Positions 56,969-64,000 of a stretch of 64,000 nucleotides of DNA are shown in pieces. Position numbers and translations under genes: made by a program. Every line of letters begins with the position of its first letter. Position 1 is the first letter of the stretch. The notes beneath the pieces were generated by a model that saw only the letters and a program-made list of their open reading frames with translations, made no database searches and had not been told where the DNA came from. Origin of the DNA: a candidate division WOR-3 bacterium UBA2202 (GTDB lineage Bacteria; Hydrothermota; 32-111). The stretch spans positions 10,764 through 74,763 of the forward strand of contig DCUY01000067.1 in NCBI GenBank assembly GCA_002327905.1, read 5' to 3'.

Positions 56969-58555
56969 ATGCAATTAATTGAAACTGGAGTTTTCAAAAA
57001 AGCAGAGGATGAAAAGTATGAAGCCTTATACAAAGGTATTCCATTTAAATTGGGGGTTTCTTCCGAACATTTTTCCACTTGGCTCTTTTCATCTCTTGAA
57101 AAAAGAAAAATTGATGAGATCGCAAGAGAAATATCCGGTGTATATTTTATATGTGTGAGAGATAAAAGAAAGAATGAAATATATATTTTAATTGATAATG
57201 CCTCGCTTTTTAAAGTTTATTATGGAAATAATTTTTTTTCAGACAGCATCCTTCAAATTGCAAAACAAGAAGGATTGACATCTGCAAATGTCAATCGTGA
57301 AAAGATTCTTGAATATATCCGTTTCGGAGGTTTCTTCCCGCCTGATACTCTCTTTGACAATATAAAGCAGTTGTCAGGGGATGAGATTCTCTTTGTCAAC
57401 AGGGAAAAGGAATTCAAAATACTAAAAAAAGAAGAATCCGTCTCTTGCATTGAATTTGAAGATTTTTTCGACGAACTCGAAATATCTCTAAATAATTCAA
57501 AAATAAGCTGTGACCTTACAGGAGGAATGGATTCAAGACTATTGGCAGTTGCATTAAATTTTCACAAAATGGATTTATCTCTATTCACTGCCTCAAGTCA
57601 AATTAAAAAAGAATCATCCATTGCAAAAAAAATTTCTGACATTTTAGGGATAGAGCATCTGGAAATTGAAAACACTCTGTCGGATCCGGATTTTGAGCTG
57701 AAATCATCCGATATTTTGTCCGAAGGACTTGTAAATACTATAAATATGCACAGAAATATTCAGGTGGCTGATTTTAGAAAAAGACACGGTTTCAACCTGA
57801 TTTTCAATGGAAACGGAGGGGCTCTATATAAAGAAATATACATGATGCACGAGTTCCCTTTTTATACAATAGGCAAATTGGATGCCGCAAGGACTTACAG
57901 AATGAGAATTGAACCTGTAAAATTTCAATTTGATATACTTGAAAAAAACATGTCTGCATTAAAAGACGAAGTTGATGAATCTGTTATCTCAAAAATAAAG
58001 AGTGTGCTTTTGTCTAAAAAATCCGACTCTTTAATGAATATTTGGTATAAACTGGAACTTCCTGCTGTAACTGGAGCTCTATCATCAACCATCACAAATA
58101 ATTATTATGATGTTTATTCCCCATTCTTGGAGTATTCTCTTTTCTTATATTCTATAAGACAAAATGTGAGTGAGAAGGTATTTGATATGTGGCACAGAAA
58201 GCTAATTACAAAATATAATCGCAGAGTCGCCCGCCTCAGCACTACAAATGATGTCACATCCTCTTCTGAGTATCGCTATATGGCTAAGGACGAATTTATC
58301 ACTATTTATAACAGAGGATACAGATTGTTGAGAAAGATCTCTCAGAAAACTTTGAGAAAGACTCTTTTTCTGGGAAATTCTCTGTCTGATTCATATTATT
58401 CAAATGTAAGGAATTCAAAGTATGTGCGGGAAAATCTTCAGCTTTTGGTTGATATCGGAATTTTAAAAAAGAATATTGATATTAACTATATAAGCAACAA
58501 CACTTTGGGAAACTTAGTTTCGATTTCGTATTTTCTTCAGGAAATAGATAAATAA
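56969..58555 (+). CDS. Asparagine synthetase-like PP-loop amidotransferase lacking the N-terminal glutaminase Cys
   Basis: CDLTGGMDSRLLAV resembles the AsnB PP-loop SGGLDSS. There is no Cys2 (sequence begins MQLIE). 528 aa. Confidence 0.55.
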   Translation: MQLIETGVFKKAEDEKYEALYKGIPFKLGVSSEHFSTWLFSSLEKRKIDEIAREISGVYFICVRDKRKNEIYILIDNASLFKVYYGNNFFSDSILQIAKQEGLTSANVNREKILEYIRFGGFFPPDTLFDNIKQLSGDEILFVNREKEFKILKKEESVSCIEFEDFFDELEISLNNSKISCDLTGGMDSRLLAVALNFHKMDLSLFTASSQIKKESSIAKKISDILGIEHLEIENTLSDPDFELKSSDILSEGLVNTINMHRNIQVADFRKRHGFNLIFNGNGGALYKEIYMMHEFPFYTIGKLDAARTYRMRIEPVKFQFDILEKNMSALKDEVDESVISKIKSVLLSKKSDSLMNIWYKLELPAVTGALSSTITNNYYDVYSPFLEYSLFLYSIRQNVSEKVFDMWHRKLITKYNRRVARLSTTNDVTSSSEYRYMAKDEFITIYNRGYRLLRKISQKTLRKTLFLGNSLSDSYYSNVRNSKYVRENLQLLVDIGILKKNIDINYISNNTLGNLVSISYFLQEIDK

Positions 58556-58633
58556 ATTTAATACTCCCCGTTATGCAATCTTTCATATTTCCTCTCCACT
58601 TGACATTGCCTTAAATCCTGATATTATACTTAT

Positions 58634-59779
58634 ATGTTGAACAAAGAGACAATACTCAATGAACTTATCAGCATATCCATTTTGATAAGCTCAAAATCCT
58701 CTTTAAATGACCTTCTTGACACTGTTTTGCTGAAAGCAAGAGAAATAACGAATTCGGATGCAGGGTCGCTGTACCTTAAAGAGGGAAATCGCCTGATATT
58801 CCTGATAACGCAGAATGATACTCTAAAAGATATAAATAAAAATTTCAAATCATACCCGATATATATTGACAAGCATTCTATAGCCGGTTACGCCGCTTTT
58901 ACAGGAGATATAATCAGAATAGACGATGTTTACAACATCCCCAAGGAGTATCCTTTTTCTTTCAATATTGAATTTGACCAAAACAATAATTATAAATCGA
59001 CATCTATGCTGACTATACCGATGAAGGATAATGAAAAAGAGGTCATAGGAGTTCTCCAGCTTATAAATGCCAAAGATAAAGATAACGAGACAGTCAGCTA
59101 TTCCGATGAAATTGAAAAAATAGTAGAGTCTTTCGCATCAATCGCCGCAGTGGCAATAAAAAATGTTCAGCTCAAGGACAGCATCAAAAGAGCTCATCTT
59201 GAGACAATTTACAGATTATCTGTTGCAGCAGAATACAAAGATACTGATACGGGAAGCCACATTAAAAGAATGAGCAAGTATTCGGAGATTATTGCAAGAA
59301 AAATGGGATTTGACAAAAATTACTGCGAACTCATTCTATATGCAAGCCCTCTTCATGACATAGGAAAGCTCGGCATTCCCGATGCAATTCTCACAAAACC
59401 CGCAAAACTCGACCCTGACGAGTGGGAGATGATGAAAAAACACACTGCAATGGGATACGAAATTCTAAAGGATTCTTCAGAGCATCTTATTAAATTTGCG
59501 GCATCAATCGCTTTGACTCATCATGAGAGATATGACGGGAACGGATATCCCAACAGACTCAAAGGAGACAATATCCCGATTGAAGGAAGAATTGTCTCTC
59601 TTGCGGATGTCTTTGACGCTCTTGCCACTAAAAGACCTTATAAGGAGCCTTGGCCACTGGACAAGATAATTGATTTGATTCAGGTGGAGAGAGACAAACA
59701 GTTTGACGCAAAGGTCATAGATGCTTTTCTTGACAGTCTTGATGAAGTTCTTGAAGTTCAGAGACGCCTTTCAGAATAA
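58634..59779 (+). CDS. GAF domain-containing HD-GYP c-di-GMP phosphodiesterase
   Basis: N-terminal GAF (SDAGSLYLKE...GVLQLINAK). C-terminal HD domain (LHDIGKLGIP) with HHERYDGNGYP, the GYP signature. Confidence 0.85.
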   Translation: MLNKETILNELISISILISSKSSLNDLLDTVLLKAREITNSDAGSLYLKEGNRLIFLITQNDTLKDINKNFKSYPIYIDKHSIAGYAAFTGDIIRIDDVYNIPKEYPFSFNIEFDQNNNYKSTSMLTIPMKDNEKEVIGVLQLINAKDKDNETVSYSDEIEKIVESFASIAAVAIKNVQLKDSIKRAHLETIYRLSVAAEYKDTDTGSHIKRMSKYSEIIARKMGFDKNYCELILYASPLHDIGKLGIPDAILTKPAKLDPDEWEMMKKHTAMGYEILKDSSEHLIKFAASIALTHHERYDGNGYPNRLKGDNIPIEGRIVSLADVFDALATKRPYKEPWPLDKIIDLIQVERDKQFDAKVIDAFLDSLDEVLEVQRRLSE

Positions 59780-60872
59780 TCAGATATTCAAGCGCAGACT
59801 TTATTTTTTTTGATTCATATTCCCAATTATACTTTTCCTTAATCAAAGAAATTGCATTATCGCTCATTCTTGCAGAATCTTTTGCAGTCAAGTTATTTAT
59901 TCTGCTCACAGCATCTTCAACACTGCTCACATTGAAACCATTCTCATAATCTTTCACAAAAGAAACAAGACCTTTTTGAATTATTACTGGGATTCCGGAG
60001 AGCATATAATCAAACTGCTTTACCGATATATTCCGTCTGAATTTTTTATTCGGCTTCATCATCACAAGCCCGATATCCATTGATGGTAAAATCTTCATCA
60101 GGTCGTCATAAGGAGTCAATCCGTGATAAATAAGGTTTGAATTTTTCTTTAGAGCCTCTTCAAGATAATCATTCTCCATCTTAGTGTAGGTTCTTCCGAA
60201 TAAGTGGAGTTTTGAATTTTTCAAACGGCTCGCAATTTCAACAAGCTCTTTCAATCCTCTTTCAAAATAAATTCCACCCGCATAGACCAGATTCAATTCC
60301 GATTCACTCTTTACATGCCTCTTGATTTCAGTAAATTCCGGAAAATTATAAATTGCAGTTATCCTCAAATTCATCATGTCCCCATACTTCTTTTCAAGAA
60401 ATCCGTCAGCCACGAACAGCCAGTCAAAAAGAGGCAGAAGAAGCATTTCGGAGAACATCAGAAAGAGACTCAACAGAGGAAGAAAGAGAATGGGGATTTT
60501 TTTAGAAATCAGAATCTGGCTGGGATAATCCTCATGCATGTCAAAAATATATATGTTGCTTCCTGCAAACACTCTTAGAAGCAATATTGCATAAATAAGC
60601 TCAAAATCATGAAAAATGACAATGGAGTTTTTTTCTCTCAGCAGACGCCTAACTATGCGAAGAATCATTTTTATTCTTGAGAGTTTACTCTCTTCCGATT
60701 TAATCGCCTCTATATTTATTGCAGAAGTGAATTCTTTCGGTATTTTATCTTCCGAACAGAGCAATGTCACATCATAATCATTCAAGAGAGAACAAATCTC
60801 CTTATGATAGATTCTATGGTCATCAGCCCTGTGCAGTGTAGTAGCGGCGAAGAGTTTTATTTTTTTCTTCAA
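59715..60872 (-). CDS. Glycosyltransferase (GT-B, GT4-like)
   Basis: 385 aa. C-terminal half has a GT1/GT4 donor-binding pattern (GLTPYDDLMKILPSMDIGLVMMKP...SGIPVII). Confidence 0.55.
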   Translation of the reverse strand: MKKKIKLFAATTLHRADDHRIYHKEICSLLNDYDVTLLCSEDKIPKEFTSAINIEAIKSEESKLSRIKMILRIVRRLLREKNSIVIFHDFELIYAILLLRVFAGSNIYIFDMHEDYPSQILISKKIPILFLPLLSLFLMFSEMLLLPLFDWLFVADGFLEKKYGDMMNLRITAIYNFPEFTEIKRHVKSESELNLVYAGGIYFERGLKELVEIASRLKNSKLHLFGRTYTKMENDYLEEALKKNSNLIYHGLTPYDDLMKILPSMDIGLVMMKPNKKFRRNISVKQFDYMLSGIPVIIQKGLVSFVKDYENGFNVSSVEDAVSRINNLTAKDSARMSDNAISLIKEKYNWEYESKKIKSALEYLIILKGVSELQELHQDCQEKHL

Positions 60873-61129
60873 ATATTCATTTTCAAGCTTGCTAATTTTG
60901 CTGAAACACCTTTTACAGCAGAGAGTTTGTTATATAATTCCTTTGCTTTTTTGTCCGAACCGGACAGTTCAATCATTACAAGGCCGCATTCTGAGCATAC
61001 ATTCTCTACTCCGTCATGAATTCCAAGTCTTGTCTTTATAATACATCCGTATTCCGTTAAGAGCTTTTGCACTGTAATGGCGGATTTGCTCCTGTTGCTT
61101 ACAAGTATCAGAATAACATTTTTTTTCAT
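60869..61129 (-). CDS. Small ACT/NikR-C-like regulatory protein (resembles the TM1266 / 'iron-only hydrogenase system regulator' family)
   Basis: 86 aa. The pattern NVILILV...VQKLLTEYGCIIKTRLGI...VMIELSG...KLSAVKGVSAKLASL matches the family consensus of ~85-aa ACT-like proteins. Confidence 0.4.
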   Translation of the reverse strand: MKKNVILILVSNRSKSAITVQKLLTEYGCIIKTRLGIHDGVENVCSECGLVMIELSGSDKKAKELYNKLSAVKGVSAKLASLKMNI

Positions 61130-61138
61130 CTTGTCCTC

Positions 61139-62551
61139 CTATATTTTAAAATTTTCGTCAGGTTTCAACATTTTAATTCCTTCTTTGCAATATAATCTTA
61201 TATCAGTTTTACAGCTCTTGTCAAGGCAAAGAATATTCCCCTCTCCTTTCAACACGGGATATCCTGAAAATTCCTCTGCCATGTCCTTAATACACATATT
61301 CTTCATTCCATTTATTTTTGAAAGTGAAATCATCTCTTCAAGCATCCCGTCGTATTCGCAAAATGTATTTCTATCAAGAGAAGAAGGATGAAAAATAGTC
61401 GTCATTACTCCGGATGTATTTTTAATCTCTTCAGCAATTATTTCAGGCGGATAATTTTCATTTTTTTTTTCCGAGACCATTGCGCTGTCCATAAATGAAG
61501 CAGGAAATTCAAGAGGTCCTCCGGAGATTAATCTGTACGGTTTTGAGAAACCGTTTGAAAATCCTATTTTTCCGCGCATGCCTACGGAAAAGTCCGCTTC
61601 AATCTTCATCTCTTTCAAAGTTTCGGCTATCTCTTTATTCACAGGAAAGAGATAATGAAATCTTGAATACAAAGCTCCTTTTTTTATTGAAGAGAATCTT
61701 TTTATTTCCCTCTTGATTTTATCTTTTTTTCTTCCCGATTCATAGGTAAGATGCACTCCGGACTCGGAATCTAAAGGGAGATTGTTTATTATCCTTTTTG
61801 ATTCTGCAAGAGAGTATCTGTTTGTAAATATATCCTTCTTTTCCGCAAAGACAAAATAAACAGCAGAAAGATTGTTCTTTTCCGCAATTTCATTTATTTC
61901 ATTCAATCTATCCCACGGATCGCTTTTTTGATTCTTTCTTATTTTCAAATATTCAGAAGCGATTTTATTCTTAAAAATCAAACTTAGAAAAGGATATAGA
62001 ATATCCTTGCGTTTTTTAAAATATCTTACTCTGTCAAAATCGAATGTCGGCAAAAAATATGACTCTTTCATCTCTATTCTTTCTGCAAATAAAGAATTCT
62101 TTTTTAAGACGATCTCTTTCAATTCAGATGCAAAATCCGTCAAAAGATATTCAGAGAAAGGATATCTTCTGAATTTTTGATATTTGAAATAATTTTTCTT
62201 TTCTTCAAACTGAAATTTGTTGTACATAGCTGACAGAACAAATGATATTATGTCAAACGAAAGTATTAATGCGTCTCCTTTACTTAAAAAGAGGCTGTTT
62301 GAGCCATTTGCTTCAATTCTGTTCGGAAGAAAATATTTGCCTCTGATTTCAATTTTTTCAATAATCCCTGCATACATCTTCTCATCTCTGACTATGAATA
62401 TACCTCCCCTTCTGATATCAGACAGACTATCCACATATTCCACTTTTGTGCCCGCATCTGATTTTGCAATTCCTGTGTGCATAAAAATATTCTCTACAGC
62501 CGATTCAAATTCCAAATTCGATAGTCTTGAAGAATTAATGAATGAAATCAT
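61139..62551 (-). CDS. Hypothetical protein, possibly polysaccharide deacetylase-like
   Basis: 470 aa. TFDFD is reminiscent of the CE4 TFDDG motif. Context is the EPS locus. Confidence 0.3.
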   Translation of the reverse strand: MISFINSSRLSNLEFESAVENIFMHTGIAKSDAGTKVEYVDSLSDIRRGGIFIVRDEKMYAGIIEKIEIRGKYFLPNRIEANGSNSLFLSKGDALILSFDIISFVLSAMYNKFQFEEKKNYFKYQKFRRYPFSEYLLTDFASELKEIVLKKNSLFAERIEMKESYFLPTFDFDRVRYFKKRKDILYPFLSLIFKNKIASEYLKIRKNQKSDPWDRLNEINEIAEKNNLSAVYFVFAEKKDIFTNRYSLAESKRIINNLPLDSESGVHLTYESGRKKDKIKREIKRFSSIKKGALYSRFHYLFPVNKEIAETLKEMKIEADFSVGMRGKIGFSNGFSKPYRLISGGPLEFPASFMDSAMVSEKKNENYPPEIIAEEIKNTSGVMTTIFHPSSLDRNTFCEYDGMLEEMISLSKINGMKNMCIKDMAEEFSGYPVLKGEGNILCLDKSCKTDIRLYCKEGIKMLKPDENFKI

Positions 62552-63410
62552 AAAACCCGGAAATGTTAAAATAGCTCTTTATTTTTGGATTGAACATTGA
62601 CTTATACATTGAAATTCTCTTTGTATTCGCTCCGTGAAAATCAATTGCATATTCACCCAGCGCACCGCTCTTCAAAACAGAATATATCAGAAGTGCAGTG
62701 TCTTTACCGCATATATTGTATGTGTAGGCGGTTTTATTCTCTTTATCAAGAAGAAAAACAACAGAAGCGCTGTCATTTGAGAAGCATTTCAGCATATCAT
62801 TCTTTTTAAGAGATTCCATAAAAACTTTATATTCTTTTTTTGATGCAGGAGGGTTGTTATTATAAGCGTTTTTTAGCATATTATAATTTGCTTCAAAATC
62901 GCAGTTTTCCGTGTATTTTTTCAGTTCTTTATTTCTTATCATTCTGTCAACTGAATCCAGAGTTTTGTCCCCGTATTCAAGGATATATGTATATTTTAGG
63001 GATACTTTCGCGCCGCTCCACGCATAATGCCTTGAATCATCAAATTCAGGCGACTGAGAGGCGGAAAAATAAGAGAAGCGGCTTTTTAAAAACCTTATAT
63101 AATCACCCACAGCGGATTCATAAAATCTGAACTTCTCTCTCTCCCCTTCAGGAGGATTATTAAATAAAATATTAAAATAAGGAGTGAAGGGGGGATTCAA
63201 GAATATTTTAAAGAAACCTCTCTTTATGACATTCGCAGGAAATAAGGCAATTGGACCGTTTTTCCCAACTATTGAATAAATTTCTATGTTTTTGATTTTT
63301 TCAAGGGAGGAGATATAATCGGGACTCACAAAAACATTTCTGAATTTGAATTTTCCAATTAGTTTTGCATATTCTGCACAGCTTATTCTCTCTATTTTAT
63401 TCTGATACAT
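62535..63410 (-). CDS. Hypothetical protein, FemAB/GNAT-like fold suspected
   Basis: 291 aa. The size and composition resemble the FemAB-related proteins seen in exopolysaccharide loci. Weak. Confidence 0.3.
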   Translation of the reverse strand: MYQNKIERISCAEYAKLIGKFKFRNVFVSPDYISSLEKIKNIEIYSIVGKNGPIALFPANVIKRGFFKIFLNPPFTPYFNILFNNPPEGEREKFRFYESAVGDYIRFLKSRFSYFSASQSPEFDDSRHYAWSGAKVSLKYTYILEYGDKTLDSVDRMIRNKELKKYTENCDFEANYNMLKNAYNNNPPASKKEYKVFMESLKKNDMLKCFSNDSASVVFLLDKENKTAYTYNICGKDTALLIYSVLKSGALGEYAIDFHGANTKRISMYKSMFNPKIKSYFNISGFYDFIH

Positions 63411-63720
63411 ATATATATTGTTTTATTTTATTAAAAGTGTTCTCTTTTATTCCGTTTATTTTCATCAATTCTTCTGGATTTTCAAAGGAGCCGTTTTTTA
63501 TTCTAAAATCCAGAATGTCATTCGCTTTCTTTTCTCCGATTCCCGGTATTTTCATCAATTCTTCTAAAGTTGCCGTATTCAAATTTATATATACTCTTTC
63601 CTTTTTCACAGGAGTTTCAAATCCTTTTATTCCGTTCTCAACTTTAGCATTGATGAAATACATTGTCAGTGACAACGCAGTGACTATCACAGTGAAAAGC
63701 AAATACACTTTATCTTTCAT
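63397..63720 (-). CDS. comEA: ComEA-like helix-hairpin-helix DNA-binding protein
   Basis: N-terminal TM. INLNTATLEELMKIPGIGEKKANDILDFRIKNGSFENPEELMKINGI is the classic ComEA tandem HhH. Confidence 0.75.
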   Translation of the reverse strand: MKDKVYLLFTVIVTALSLTMYFINAKVENGIKGFETPVKKERVYINLNTATLEELMKIPGIGEKKANDILDFRIKNGSFENPEELMKINGIKENTFNKIKQYIYVSE

Positions 63721-64000
63721 TTATTGTCTCTATTAAAACATCCGCCACATCAGCAAGACTCGCCTTTGAACATTTATCTGGAGTATCCTCCGGTGTGTGC
63801 CAATAAGCATAGTTCATATCAATTATATCTACGCATCTGAAGCCCTTTGCATTAAGAGCTATATGGTCATCATCAACAAAATAACCTATCTCTGATTTGA
63901 ATGTCTTCTTTTTGAGCTTTTCCGCATTTCCGAATATTTTTTCATTCAGGTCAGAATTGGCGATCTCCGAATTTCCTTCTTTGTATATCATAAGGTCTTT
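63710..64000 (-). CDS. M28 family peptidase, 3' fragment (gene continues beyond the window end)
   Basis: WHTPEDT is the M28 HxxxDT-type metal-ligand motif. The ORF is open to the window edge. Confidence 0.5.
   Translation of the reverse strand, partial: KDLMIYKEGNSEIANSDLNEKIFGNAEKLKKKTFKSEIGYFVDDDHIALNAKGFRCVDIIDMNYAYWHTPEDTPDKCSKASLADVADVLIETINER

Noticed and set aside
1-64000. Looked for CRISPR arrays, direct-repeat arrays, rRNA or tRNA genes
   Set aside because: No regularly spaced repeats were seen. No GTTCGA/T-loop-type tRNA signatures appear in the few intergenic regions. All intergenic gaps are under 210 bp.
1-64000. Mobile elements (transposase, integrase, phage genes)
   Set aside because: No ORF shows DDE transposase, tyrosine or serine recombinase, or phage structural motifs. 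Gene packing and operon continuity argue for core chromosome.

Overview
This is a low-GC (roughly 35%) bacterial chromosomal window with tightly packed genes. Many stop and start codons overlap, so most genes sit in long operons. I found no rRNA, tRNA, CRISPR array, transposase or integrase.

Gene content by region:
- 1-10.2 kb, + strand: a seven-gene, translationally coupled operon, xseB-ispA-(divergent PAP2)-dxs-secA-ligA-thyX.
- 10.2-27.6 kb, - strand: one very long operon. It starts with a TPR protein rich in Lys/Glu and carries efp and pilT. These are followed by a motility-regulation module: an MglA-type Ras-like GTPase, a tandem DnaA-like AAA+ protein, a DUF4388+TPR protein, cheR, cheD, cheB, a TPR protein and a CheW-like protein. 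The operon then runs on into pgpA-cinA-thpR-recA-recX and an SPFH/membrane-protein pair.
- 27.7-45.4 kb, mostly - strand: a LicC-like cytidylyltransferase with an SDR and a DUF2284 Cys-rich protein, then polA, nadD, BamD-like TPR lipoproteins, a purine nucleoside phosphorylase, DivIVA, a HemN-like radical SAM enzyme, a DinG helicase and pilB.
- 45.5-63.4 kb: leuCD-like dehydratase genes fused to a surface-polysaccharide locus. The locus contains wecB, glycosyltransferases, Wzx/Wzy/Wzz/Wza-like functions, an AsnB-like PP-loop amidotransferase, a GAF-HD-GYP phosphodiesterase, a small ACT-like protein, a FemAB-like protein and several unknown proteins.
- 63.4-64 kb: comEA and the 3' fragment of an M28 peptidase gene.

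The most interesting candidate system is the pilT-adjacent mglA module. It has no roadblock/MglB partner. Instead it is coupled to a degenerate-plus-active tandem DnaA-like ATPase, a DUF4388-TPR protein and a Che set (CheR/D/B/W) with no CheA. This is a plausible uncharacterised polarity and type IV pilus control system.

All calls rest on motif and sequence recognition by eye. I ran no database searches.
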